Positions 55,322 to 64,000 of a stretch of 64,000 nucleotides of DNA are shown here, one piece after another; position 1 is the stretch's first letter, and each line of letters starts with the position of its first letter. The notes beneath the pieces were generated by a model. It made no database searches, was not told where the DNA came from, and worked only from the letters and a program-made list of their open reading frames with translations. Origin of the DNA: Flavobacteriales bacterium (GTDB lineage Bacteria; Bacteroidota; Bacteroidia; Flavobacteriales_F; PHOS-HE28); assembly GCA_013360395.1 (NCBI GenBank), contig JABWBQ010000002.1, positions 16,703-80,702 on the forward strand, in the 5' to 3' direction. Both the position numbers and the translations under genes were made by a program.

Positions 55322-57613
55322 ATGATCAGACCGACAGCCCTTCTCGCGTTCACGATCCTCTTCGGCGCGCCGGCCACCGCCCAGTTCGGCCCGCGGAACG
55401 ACCTGCACACCGGCACCTCGTACTGGGACCCGCTGATCCTGGACGTGGACCAGGACGGGGACAACGACATCGTGCTGAAGGACTTCGCCCAGGGCATCGG
55501 CATGCTGGAGAACCTGGACGGGCTGGGGAGCTTCGGACCGTTGCAGGTCCTGGACACCACCACCGCGATCTCGTGGCTGCAGGCCAGCGACCTGGACGGC
55601 GACCTGGACCTGGACCTCGTGGCTAACCGCGGCAGCCTCGACCAACTGCTTTGGTTCGCGAACGATGGTGCGGGCGTCTTCGCGCCGGGCACGGTGCTGC
55701 CGGGCGAGGGCGGACACAGGGCGCTTTGTGCGGACCTGACCGGCAGTCCCCTGGACGAGATCCTGTTCTCCAACGATTCGGCGGTGTACTGGTTCGCGAA
55801 CGACGGAGGCACCTTCACCACGATGGACTCGCTGCCCTTCGGGGCGTGGGTGAAGCTCTTCGATGTGGGGGATATCGATCTGGACGGCGACATCGACTTC
55901 GCGGTGCACACCCCGGACCAGGTGCTGTTCGGGCTCAACCCGGGCAGCGGCGGAGCGTGGTCCATCCTGGCGGTCCCGGGTTTTTTGGCCACCGGCCATA
56001 CGTACGGCAAGAAGCTCACCGACTGCGATGGCGATGGCGACCTCGACCTGGTGGATGCCGGCTGGACCGTCCGGTGGGTGGAGAACCTTGCCGTGGACAG
56101 CGGCTACCTCGCCTTCGCACCGGAACGCTACGTGGACCACTTCGCCCCGAACGAGGGCGCCGGATGGGCGGCACCGCTGGGCTGCGGGCCGGGCGCCAGC
56201 ATCCTGTGGTGCCACTGGGTCTATGTAGGGCCGGTGTACTGGGCGCACTACCACACGACCCTGGGCGGCTTTTCGGCACCCACCATGACCAACCTGCGCA
56301 GCGCGGGCGATGGCCGGATGGTGATCGGCGACCTGAACGGCGATGAACGCCAGGATGTGGTGATCACCCACCACGACACGGTCTCCTGGTATGCGAACGA
56401 GCTGCCCGACGCCGGGGGCTCCCTGGCCACCGTGCCGGCGCTGGATACGCTCTGTACCGGGTGCGGTGCCTACCCGTTGCCCGAAGGGAACCCCCCGAAC
56501 GGATGGTGGAGCGGGTCCTATGTCGAACAGGGGAGCTTCTTCGACCCCACCGCGTTCGGCCAGGGTGCCGGTGTCCATCCCCTGGGCTACGGCGTGGTCG
56601 ATGCACAAGGCTGCATCGCCAGCGCATCCACCAGCATCCGGGTGATCAACGAGCCCAACATCCAGATCCTGGACCCGGATCCCCAATGTCCGGACGGCGA
56701 GCTACAGCTCGTTGGTTCGCCCGCTGCGGGGACGTGGAGCGCACCGGCCGACGCGCTGGGACGGGTGAACACCACCTGTGCCGTGCGTCCCATCTTCACC
56801 GATGTGTCGTACACCTACACCGACGTCACCGGCCATGCGTGCCCGGGCGAGGCCAACGTTACGCTGGACATCCTGCCCTGCACCCCGGTGGCCCTCGGGC
56901 CGATCGCCCCCTTCTGCGTGGACGCCCCGCCGCAGCCTGTTCAGCTTGCCGTGCCGGCCATGGGCATTTCCTACTTCCTCCTGGGCGTCGACTCGAGCAC
57001 GTACAACGGTGGTCCGTTCGTCACCGGCTGGCTCTCCGGCGCACAGGGCCCCGGCACCTGGCCGGTGGTGGCCGCCGCGTGGGGCCAGGGTGAATGCCCC
57101 TTCCCGGACACGGTGATGGTGGAGGTGTGGCCCCTGCCCGCCGTCACCTTCGAGCTGGGTGTGGACACGCTCACGGCGTGCGATGTGCCGTTGCCGCTCG
57201 GTCCGGGCGCACCGGTGGGCGGCACGTACAGCATCAACGGTGCCGACAGCGCCTACACGGTCTTCGAGGTGGCCACCTGGGGGCCGGGGACGCACACGGT
57301 GACCTACACCTACACCGACGGCAACGGCTGCACGGGCTCCGCGACGGACACCCTGGTGGTCGATTGCAGCACCGGCCTCCGCGGAACGACACCGGCGGTG
57401 CTGCGGGTGTGGCCTTCCCCCGCGCACGACCGCCTGTTCGTGGCCTTCGGCGACGCACCGTGCAACGCCGTGCTGACCGATGCGATGGGGCGTGCGGTGG
57501 CGCGCTGGCACCTCCAGGACGCACCGGCCGTGCTGGATGTGTCGCGGCTGGGGAGCGGTACCTATCTGCTGCGGCTGGACGACGGGCGCACGCGGCGGGT
57601 GTTGCTGCGGTAG
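55322..57613 (+). CDS. FG-GAP/VCBS-repeat secreted protein with T9SS C-terminal sorting domain
   Basis: Signal peptide. Repeated D.DGDGD.D calcium-binding FG-GAP-like loops. CTD ...VLRVWPSPAHDRLFVAF.....GTYLLRLDDGRTRRVLLR. Confidence 0.65.
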   Translation: MIRPTALLAFTILFGAPATAQFGPRNDLHTGTSYWDPLILDVDQDGDNDIVLKDFAQGIGMLENLDGLGSFGPLQVLDTTTAISWLQASDLDGDLDLDLVANRGSLDQLLWFANDGAGVFAPGTVLPGEGGHRALCADLTGSPLDEILFSNDSAVYWFANDGGTFTTMDSLPFGAWVKLFDVGDIDLDGDIDFAVHTPDQVLFGLNPGSGGAWSILAVPGFLATGHTYGKKLTDCDGDGDLDLVDAGWTVRWVENLAVDSGYLAFAPERYVDHFAPNEGAGWAAPLGCGPGASILWCHWVYVGPVYWAHYHTTLGGFSAPTMTNLRSAGDGRMVIGDLNGDERQDVVITHHDTVSWYANELPDAGGSLATVPALDTLCTGCGAYPLPEGNPPNGWWSGSYVEQGSFFDPTAFGQGAGVHPLGYGVVDAQGCIASASTSIRVINEPNIQILDPDPQCPDGELQLVGSPAAGTWSAPADALGRVNTTCAVRPIFTDVSYTYTDVTGHACPGEANVTLDILPCTPVALGPIAPFCVDAPPQPVQLAVPAMGISYFLLGVDSSTYNGGPFVTGWLSGAQGPGTWPVVAAAWGQGECPFPDTVMVEVWPLPAVTFELGVDTLTACDVPLPLGPGAPVGGTYSINGADSAYTVFEVATWGPGTHTVTYTYTDGNGCTGSATDTLVVDCSTGLRGTTPAVLRVWPSPAHDRLFVAFGDAPCNAVLTDAMGRAVARWHLQDAPAVLDVSRLGSGTYLLRLDDGRTRRVLLR

Positions 57614-57623
57614 CGCGCGGCCC

Positions 57624-59021
57624 TCAGCGCAGCACGGTGACATGGCCCTGGGCCAGGCGCCGCTGCGGCGATCCCGCCTCGGCGGCTTCCACCCGGTAGG
57701 CGTAACATCCCACGGGCACCTCCGTCGGGTCCCAGGCCGCCGCAGGCTCCTGCGTGGCGAACACCGTGCGGCCCCAGCGGTCGAACACCTGCACGTGCCA
57801 GTGGGTGATGCGCTCCGCCTGCCAGACGGGCCTCCAGGTGTCGTTGATGCCGTCGGCGTTCGGGCTCACGGCGCTCGGCACGAACAGGGGCCGCACGCAC
57901 GCGTCCACCACCTGCACCTGGGCCGATGCCGGGCACAGGCCGGGTGCTTCCACCTGCACGGACAGGGTGCCGGAGGCGGTCGCGGTGCACTGCGGGCCGG
58001 CCATGCCGTTGCTCCAGAGCACGGTCGCCCCCGGCGGCAGCGGGCCGATGTCGAACGTCACGCCGGGCACCACGCACAGGTCCACCAGCGTGTCGACCGG
58101 CAGGGTGAGGGCGGGGCGTGCGCCCATGGTCACCACGACCGTGTCGGACAGCGGGCAGTCCGGGTGCTGTGCGGTGACGATGTAGGTGCCCGTGCTGTCC
58201 ACCTGCACACCGGTCCCGACCTGGCCCGTGTTCCACCCGTAGGAAAGGCCGGGTTGTGGGTCGATCACCTGGAGCATCACCGGTCCGCAGGACGTGGTGT
58301 CCGGTCCCGCATCGGGGGCCTGCACCGGGCGGACGCTCACATCATCGACGTAGTAGTAGCTCCAGCTCACCAGCGGGAAGTCCGTGGGCACCTGCAGGAA
58401 GGCCGTGCCCGCCCCGTGGAAATTGCCGATCGTGAGGGTGGTGTAAGCGCTGTCGGCCGTGAAGCAGCCGGCAATGCGGGTCCAGCCCGCCTTGTCCGCG
58501 AGCCAGCCTGCGGTGCCGGAGCTCACCTGCGGCGCGCGGGCGATGGCCAGGTCGTCCGTGCGCACCGGCGGCGCCATGCTGAGCAGCGCGCCCAGGTCGT
58601 TCACCGCGAACTTGGACACATCGGCCAGGCTCACATGGAAGGACACGGCATACGTGGTGCCCACCACCAGCGGCGGGTCCAGCGCGTGGGTGATGTACTC
58701 CCGGTAGCCGTCGGGCTGTTGCGTGTTGGGGTCGAAGCTGCTGAAGGCATAGAGCCCGGTGTAACCGTTGCCCGAGTGTGCCGTCTGCCCGCCCATCTGG
58801 TTGTCGGGCACGCTCATGCTGAAGGGTACGCCGAGGCAGGCATGGAAGTAGTCGCTGGTGCCTTCCGTGGGCCGGCTCCAACCCACGCACCGGTCGATCT
58901 GGCTCACGTAGTCCGGGCACAGGCTGTATTGCTCCATGTCGCCGTTGGTCACGTGATCCTGGGCATCGGTGGCGGCGACCAGGAGGAGCAGGGCGGGGAG
59001 GAGCGTTCCGAAGCGGCGCAT
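57624..59021 (-). CDS. secreted protein with type-B T9SS sorting domain (gliding-motility-associated C-terminal domain)
   Basis: C-terminal ...LFVPSAVSPNADGINDTWRPVW...WHVQVFDRWGRTVF... matches the CHU_C/type-B CTD. Start at internal MRRFGTLLPALLLLVAATDAQ. Confidence 0.65.
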   Translation of the reverse strand: MRRFGTLLPALLLLVAATDAQDHVTNGDMEQYSLCPDYVSQIDRCVGWSRPTEGTSDYFHACLGVPFSMSVPDNQMGGQTAHSGNGYTGLYAFSSFDPNTQQPDGYREYITHALDPPLVVGTTYAVSFHVSLADVSKFAVNDLGALLSMAPPVRTDDLAIARAPQVSSGTAGWLADKAGWTRIAGCFTADSAYTTLTIGNFHGAGTAFLQVPTDFPLVSWSYYYVDDVSVRPVQAPDAGPDTTSCGPVMLQVIDPQPGLSYGWNTGQVGTGVQVDSTGTYIVTAQHPDCPLSDTVVVTMGARPALTLPVDTLVDLCVVPGVTFDIGPLPPGATVLWSNGMAGPQCTATASGTLSVQVEAPGLCPASAQVQVVDACVRPLFVPSAVSPNADGINDTWRPVWQAERITHWHVQVFDRWGRTVFATQEPAAAWDPTEVPVGCYAYRVEAAEAGSPQRRLAQGHVTVLR

Positions 59022-59124
59022 GCCCCAGGGACGCTTCCGCGGGCGTGCGCGCTGCATGCCTCACCACCGGTGGTTGGGACCGGGATGGGCGGGTGGATCG
59101 GACGGCCGTGAAGGCGCGTGGCCC

Positions 59125-60717
59125 TCAGCGCACCTTCAGCAGGTCCTTCACCTGCTGGCGTCGGCCGTTCTGCAGGCGGCAATGGTACACGCCCGGGGGC
59201 AGCTCCTCCAGGTCCACGTCCACCGTGTGGGTGCCGGCGGGCATGTCCTGGTTGCGCACCAGCCGCACGGCGCGGCCCTGCTCGTCGAAGATGTGGATGG
59301 CCACGCGTCCGCCCTCGCTGGTGAAACGCACGTTGGTGCGGGTGGTGAAGGGATTGGGCCACACCTCGAGCAGGCTGGTGCCCGTGCCCTGGTTGGCCTC
59401 GTGGATGCCGATGCCCAGGCATCCGTCGGGATCCACCACGGCCAGCGGCTGGTAGGTGTTCAGCAGCACGGTGTCCACGTCCAGCTGGTCCATGCAGAAC
59501 CAGTCGCGCAGGATGCTGGCGTACACGCTGCGGAAATCGTACTGCATGGGCAGGTTGGTGGTCACGTTGGTGTTGGGGCTGATGGTGGGGTTGCTGCCCA
59601 GCAGGCCCGGCATCACCTGGGTGCCGAACAGGAACATGGGGGCGGCGGCACCATGGTCGGTGCCGGTGGACCCGTTGCTCATCACGCGGCGGCCGAACTC
59701 GCTGAAGGTCATCCCCAGCACGCGGTCCTCCAGGCCCAGCAGCTGCAGGTCGTCCTGGAAGGCGCGGATGGCGTCGCTCACCCCCTGCAGCAGGTCGGCA
59801 TGGGTGCCGGCGGTGGTGTCGTTGGTGAGGGTCTGCTGGGCGTGGGTGTCGAAGCCCTGGTCGCTCACCCAGTAGATCTTGGTCTTGAGGCCGCCGCAGA
59901 TCAGTTGAGCCACGATCTTCAGGGCCTGCGCAAGGCGCGCACCGGGCTGCCCGGCGGTGGGGTACATCGTGCTCTGGTTGCAGCCGGCCTGCGCCGCGTC
60001 GTGGATCACGTCGCCGTAGAGGTCGGTCTGGCGCTGCACGGTGCGCACGAAGTCCAGCTTGCCGCCCTTGCAGTCGGCGGTCACCGGGTCGTTGTAGATG
60101 TTGTTGGTGAGGTTGAGCGGGTCGTCGGTGTTGAAGATGGCGGCGCCCATGCTCACGCCCAGGTGCTGGAGGCCCGGGCCGATGGGCCCGCCCACGCGGA
60201 TGGCCAGCGGGTCGGGCATGTCGGTGTTGGGGAAGCCCACCGGGTAGTTGGGGTACTCGAAGTGCAGGAAACGCCCGGCCCATCCGCTGTCCAGCAGCTG
60301 GTTCGCATCGGAGCCGGTCTCCCAGATGTCCGTGCTGCGGAAGTGGCTGAAGTTGGGGTCGGGGTAGCCCACGCTCTGGATGATGGCGAGCTTGCCGTCG
60401 TTCCACAGGTCCTGCATGCCGGTCATGCGCGGGTGCAGGCCGGTGGCGCCGTTGGTGCCTGTGAGGGCGAGCACGCTGGCCTCGGGCACCAGCACGTTGC
60501 TGCGGAACTGGCTCAGCAGGGCATACTGGTCCAGGGGGATCACGGTGTTGAGGCCGTCGTTGCCGCCATAGAGCTGCACCACCACCAGCACCCGGTCCTC
60601 GCCCACGCCGTTGAGCAGGGGCGCCAGCATGGGGTTGGAGAAGCCGCGCACGGTGAGGCCGCCCACGGTGGCCATGGACATCGAGCGGAGGAAGGTCCTT
60701 CGTTGCATGGTTCGCAC
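59125..60717 (-). CDS. DUF1501 domain protein with Tat signal and T9SS-CTD-like C-terminus
   Basis: Tat motif MQRRTFLRSMSMATVGG. Sulfatase-fold DUF1501 core (..GGNDGLNTVIP.., ..GTDHG..). C-terminal ...LLEVWPNPFTTRTNVRF....GVYHCRLQNG... Confidence 0.7.
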   Translation of the reverse strand: MRTMQRRTFLRSMSMATVGGLTVRGFSNPMLAPLLNGVGEDRVLVVVQLYGGNDGLNTVIPLDQYALLSQFRSNVLVPEASVLALTGTNGATGLHPRMTGMQDLWNDGKLAIIQSVGYPDPNFSHFRSTDIWETGSDANQLLDSGWAGRFLHFEYPNYPVGFPNTDMPDPLAIRVGGPIGPGLQHLGVSMGAAIFNTDDPLNLTNNIYNDPVTADCKGGKLDFVRTVQRQTDLYGDVIHDAAQAGCNQSTMYPTAGQPGARLAQALKIVAQLICGGLKTKIYWVSDQGFDTHAQQTLTNDTTAGTHADLLQGVSDAIRAFQDDLQLLGLEDRVLGMTFSEFGRRVMSNGSTGTDHGAAAPMFLFGTQVMPGLLGSNPTISPNTNVTTNLPMQYDFRSVYASILRDWFCMDQLDVDTVLLNTYQPLAVVDPDGCLGIGIHEANQGTGTSLLEVWPNPFTTRTNVRFTSEGGRVAIHIFDEQGRAVRLVRNQDMPAGTHTVDVDLEELPPGVYHCRLQNGRRQQVKDLLKVR

Positions 60718-60721
60718 GGGT

Positions 60722-62434
60722 TCAGTGGATGTGGTGTTCGGCGGCGCCCAGCATGTCCACGGTGAGCCACAACAGGATGGTGGGCACCAGCTGGGCGGTC
60801 ATGTCCTGCGTGTTCGGGTCGGCCACATAGGTGGCGTAGGCGAAGGTCCAGTAGTAGTCCTGGGTCTGGCCCAGCAGCAGGATGCTGGTCTTGAGCTGGT
60901 CGCGCACGGCCTGGCTCACCGGCGTGCCGTAGTACAGCTCGGCCATGTCGGCCAGCAGCTGGTCGGGGTCGCCGGGGTTGCTCAACTGCTCGCAGAAGGC
61001 CACCAGGTCCACCTTGAACTCCAGGTTCTGGCTCTGGGGCTGGTAGAGGTTGGCGGGCGTGGAGAAGCCCGCATACACGATGCCCTGGAGGCTGTAGTTG
61101 CGCGCCGGGAAGGTGGCGGTGTCCACCCAGATGTCGTCGTACTGCGGATACTGGTAGTAGGCGGGCCAGCCGGCCACGTTGGGCACATTGCCGATCTCCT
61201 GCCCGCAATAGGCCACCAGGTAGTACACGTCCATCCACACGCGGTACTGCGCCTCGAACTGCGTGGCGTCGGGCATGGGCATGTTGAACATGCGCAGGGC
61301 GCCCAGCACCAGATCGGCCGGGCTCTTGATCATGCAGCCGCGCAGGTCGGCGGTGAAGAAGTGGTCGCTGGTGAGCAGGGCGTGCATCACGATGCGCAGC
61401 TGGTCGGGGGCGCCCGCGTTGTTGCGGAAGAGCTCGGCGAGCGGCACGATCACGTCGGCCTCCGCGGTGGCGTCGATGGCCCCGTGCACGAACCAGCGGT
61501 AGATCTCGCGGCAGATGAAGAGGCTCACCTCCTCCTTGCTGAAGATCATGTCCAGCAGGGCGTTGAGCTCGGCGGCCCCGCCGTTGGCGCCGGTCTGGCC
61601 CTGGATCACCGTGTTGTTGAAGAAGGGGCTGAACTGCTTGTCGGTGATGGCGTGCAGGAAGGGCAGGAAGATGGTCTGCGGCACGATGGGCTGGCCGCCG
61701 CTCTGCAACTGCACGGTCCAGCCGGTGAGCACCTGGGCGGCGGCCTGCACGTCGCTCTCGGTGTACCCGCTGCCCTGCCCCAGGGTGAAGAGCTCCATCA
61801 GCTCGCGGGCGTAGTTCTCATCGGGCGCGGTGGCGATGTTGAGGTAGCCGTTCAGGTAGATCAGCATCGCCGGCTCCAGCGTCACGTCGTACATCAGCTG
61901 GCGGAAGTTGCCCAGGCACTGGGTGCGCAGCAGTTGGTTCATGCTGTACAGCGCCTCGGGCATGAACACCTGCTGGGCCTGCACCGGCATGTGGTTGCTC
62001 CAGAAAAGGGTCATCTTCTCGCGCAGGTTGCGCTCCTGGCCCAGGTACAGGCCCATCTGCCAGGCGGCCAGGCTCTGGATGCGCGCGCCGCGCGGGTCGA
62101 TGGGCGCCTGCGGATCGCTGGCCGTGTTCACCCAGGTGCTGCCGAAGGGCACGTCCGGGTCGATCAGCGAGGGGTCCGGCTGGTTGTTGCCATCGGGCGC
62201 CGTGTAGGCCTTGATGGGCGGCGGCACGCTGGTGCCGAAGGTCAGCAGCGCGTCCACCACCTGCGTCAGGCTCATGCCCTGGAAGTGGTCCATGTCCGCC
62301 GGCGAAACGCCGAACAGCGTGCGACGGAGCAGGTGCAGCAGTTCCGGCCTGCCGAAGGGGCCGGTGTAGGGTTGAATGGCCATGGCTGCGATTCGGTTGC
62401 TGGGGTTCGACCGTCGGATGCGGGGAAGGTTCAA
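60722..62434 (-). CDS. DUF1800 family protein (partner of DUF1501)
   Basis: Characteristic DUF1800 helical protein (~550 aa) directly upstream of DUF1501. The true start may be the internal MAIQPYTG. Confidence 0.7.
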   Translation of the reverse strand: MNLPRIRRSNPSNRIAAMAIQPYTGPFGRPELLHLLRRTLFGVSPADMDHFQGMSLTQVVDALLTFGTSVPPPIKAYTAPDGNNQPDPSLIDPDVPFGSTWVNTASDPQAPIDPRGARIQSLAAWQMGLYLGQERNLREKMTLFWSNHMPVQAQQVFMPEALYSMNQLLRTQCLGNFRQLMYDVTLEPAMLIYLNGYLNIATAPDENYARELMELFTLGQGSGYTESDVQAAAQVLTGWTVQLQSGGQPIVPQTIFLPFLHAITDKQFSPFFNNTVIQGQTGANGGAAELNALLDMIFSKEEVSLFICREIYRWFVHGAIDATAEADVIVPLAELFRNNAGAPDQLRIVMHALLTSDHFFTADLRGCMIKSPADLVLGALRMFNMPMPDATQFEAQYRVWMDVYYLVAYCGQEIGNVPNVAGWPAYYQYPQYDDIWVDTATFPARNYSLQGIVYAGFSTPANLYQPQSQNLEFKVDLVAFCEQLSNPGDPDQLLADMAELYYGTPVSQAVRDQLKTSILLLGQTQDYYWTFAYATYVADPNTQDMTAQLVPTILLWLTVDMLGAAEHHIH

Positions 62435-62525
62435 CCAAGGTAGGGCGGTGAAAGGGCCGGGTCCAGGCGCCGGTCGATCTTTTCATCAACACGGTGCCTG
62501 CACGGCAGGACGGCCCCACGGTCGT

Positions 62526-63524
62526 CTAACGCTGCCCGGTTCGGCGTAGCATGCCGGCCCCGCGCATCCAGTCCAGGGTGTCGGCCAGGGTGTCCTCGAT
62601 GGGCCGCGGACGGAAGCCCAGCTCGGCCCGGGCCCGGTCGCTGCGGATGTCGGTGTGGCCCTCCAGCAGGGTGTTGAGGGCTTCCCGCGTCATCAGCGGG
62701 GGGCGGCCGGTGAGCCGGGCCTGCAGGCCGAACAGGGGCACCAGGCCGCGCAGCAACCACGGCGGTGCGGTGCGGGGTGCGCTGCGTCGGCCCGTCAGCC
62801 GGCCGATGGTCTCGGCGAGCGCGCGCAGGCTGAGGTACCGGCCGCTCAGCAGGTACTTGGTGCCCGCAGGGTTGGCGGTGACGGCCGTGGCCACCACGGC
62901 GGCCACATCGCGCACGTCCACGAAATTGAAACCGCCCGGGGGCAGCAGGGGCACGCGCCCGTCGTGCAGGTCGGCGATGGCGCGCCCCATCAGGGAGGGC
63001 CGGGGGTCCGGGGGGCCGATCACCGAGGTGGGGGCGAGGATCAGCGCGCTGAGGCCGTGCCCGGCGATGGCCTGCTGCACCACCGTGTCGGCCTCGGCCT
63101 TGCTGCGGTCGTACACCGCGGCGTCCGCACGGGCCGGGCCGCGCGTCTCGTTCAGAGGCAGGTGCAGGGGGCGGCTGTCGTAGCTGTGGATGCTGCTCAG
63201 GTGCACCATGCGCCGCACGCGGTGGCGCACGGCGGCCTCCACGAGGTGGCGCGTGCCGTCCACGTTCACCCGGCGCACCAGGGGGTCGTTGGCGCTGTCG
63301 ATGCTGATGCGCGCCGCCAGGTGCAGCACGGCGTCACAACCCGCCACCAGGCGGTCCACCGCACCGGCGTCGAGCAGGTCGCCCTGCACGTGCTCGACGC
63401 CCTCCTGCGCGAGGCCGTCGGTGCGCTGGTGCACGAGCAGCCGCAGTCGGTGGCCCTGCCCCAGCAACAGCGGGAGGAGCACCGTGCCGAGGTGGCCGCT
63501 GCCACCGGTGATCGCGAGGTGCAT
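62526..63524 (-). CDS. NAD-dependent epimerase/dehydratase family protein (extended SDR)
   Basis: Rossmann ITGGSGHLG, catalytic YxxxK (YDRSK), ~330 aa. Confidence 0.8.
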   Translation of the reverse strand: MHLAITGGSGHLGTVLLPLLLGQGHRLRLLVHQRTDGLAQEGVEHVQGDLLDAGAVDRLVAGCDAVLHLAARISIDSANDPLVRRVNVDGTRHLVEAAVRHRVRRMVHLSSIHSYDSRPLHLPLNETRGPARADAAVYDRSKAEADTVVQQAIAGHGLSALILAPTSVIGPPDPRPSLMGRAIADLHDGRVPLLPPGGFNFVDVRDVAAVVATAVTANPAGTKYLLSGRYLSLRALAETIGRLTGRRSAPRTAPPWLLRGLVPLFGLQARLTGRPPLMTREALNTLLEGHTDIRSDRARAELGFRPRPIEDTLADTLDWMRGAGMLRRTGQR

Positions 63525-63525
63525 G

Positions 63526-64000
63526 TCACCAAAGGAAGGGGATCACCGCCTTGCGACCGCGCGGGTAGTCCGGGAATCGCTCGCGGTACCAGGCGTGGTG
63601 GTTGCGTGCGCGCGGGGCCAGGTTGGCGAAGGTCCACAGCGCGAAGCTCAGCGCCGGCAGCGACCAGGCGGCCAGGGCGAAGCCGGCCCACTCCATGATC
63701 TCGCCGAAGTGGTTCGGGCAGCTGATGCGCTCGAACAGGCCGCCGCGGGGCACCTTGTAGCCGTCGCCGTTGGTCCGCAGGGCGATGAGCTTCTCGTCGG
63801 CGTGGTGGTTGATGCCCATGCCCGTCAGGAACAGCAGCAGGCCCGCCACGGCCGGCACGTCCGGCAGGGCGCGGTCCGGCGGGGCCAGGTGGCCCAGCCA
63901 CCAACCGTTGAGGCCGCCGTTCACCAGGTTGAAGAACACCCCGCTCAGCACGATCGCCACCGGCATGCGCTTGCCGCGGGTGCGCAGGCGGAAGGGGAAG
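63526..64000 (-). CDS. DUF1295 / steroid 5-alpha-reductase-like membrane protein (5' end beyond the window)
   Basis: Reading frame open to the window edge. C-terminal ...GLFERISCPNHFGEIMEWAGFAL... resembles the conserved C-terminus of the ICMT/5-alpha-reductase family. Confidence 0.5.
   Translation of the reverse strand, partial: FPFRLRTRGKRMPVAIVLSGVFFNLVNGGLNGWWLGHLAPPDRALPDVPAVAGLLLFLTGMGINHHADEKLIALRTNGDGYKVPRGGLFERISCPNHFGEIMEWAGFALAAWSLPALSFALWTFANLAPRARNHHAWYRERFPDYPRGRKAVIPFLW

Noticed and set aside
60611-62443. 610-aa plus-strand ORF
   Set aside because: Antisense to the DUF1800 gene. Gly/Val/His/Ala-rich artefact.
1-64000. CRISPR arrays, IS elements, integrases/transposases
   Set aside because: No regularly spaced short direct repeats. 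No transposase or tyrosine/serine recombinase signatures in any frame. The only iterated sequences are the gene-3'-end copies described in findings.

Overview
This 64-kb window is high-GC (~65-70%) and almost certainly from a Bacteroidota chromosome. Many predicted proteins end in type IX secretion (T9SS) C-terminal sorting domains, and there is a TonB-dependent receptor, FtsX/MacB-type transporters and a Pif1-type helicase with a C-terminal HTH.

Order of content:
(1) An ABC-2 exporter operon with two ATPases and two permeases.
(2) A membrane-anchored choloylglycine-hydrolase-like Ntn hydrolase, T9SS cargo, and a small ORF plus a zeta-toxin-like P-loop kinase.
(3) A fused isobutyryl-CoA-mutase-like gene (icmF-type: B12 domain, MeaB GTPase, mutase).
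(4) Downstream of icmF, an array of three small toxin/antitoxin-type cassettes, each bounded by reiterated copies of the icmF 3' end: DUF4160/DUF2442, DUF2281-antitoxin/PIN, and Fic.
(5) A cobalamin-riboswitch-controlled minus-strand operon encoding a tandem-repeat T9SS protein, a BtuB-like TonB receptor, a surface protein and a YncE-like propeller lipoprotein.
(6) A nitrosative-stress-like cluster: a DUF2249x3-RIC fusion, DUF1858/DUF2249, an NnrS-like membrane protein, DUF59 and an Rrf2/NsrR-like regulator.
(7) An ~8.4-kb lower-GC segment (AraC regulator, T9SS protein, PDZ-hydrolase, DUF885, beta-lactamase-TPR, two TolB-like propellers) bounded by a ~190-bp direct duplication of the 3' end of an FtsX permease gene.
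(8) A MacAB-like efflux operon and a feoA-feoB-small Cys-rich gene set.
(9) An orphan DNA cytosine-5 methyltransferase divergent from a YedK-like SOS response-associated peptidase (SRAP).
(10) A Pif1-family helicase, FG-GAP and type-B T9SS proteins, a DUF1501/DUF1800 pair, an SDR epimerase and a partial membrane protein at the right edge.

The most unusual signals are:
- the repeat-bounded cassette array at the icmF 3' end;
- two in-frame palindromic insertions inside icmF;
- the riboswitch operon with an uncharacterised tandem-repeat surface protein;
- the second 3'-end-duplication-bounded segment.

Many long ORFs in the six-frame track are high-GC antisense artefacts and were not called. Internal start positions I propose are estimates read by eye.
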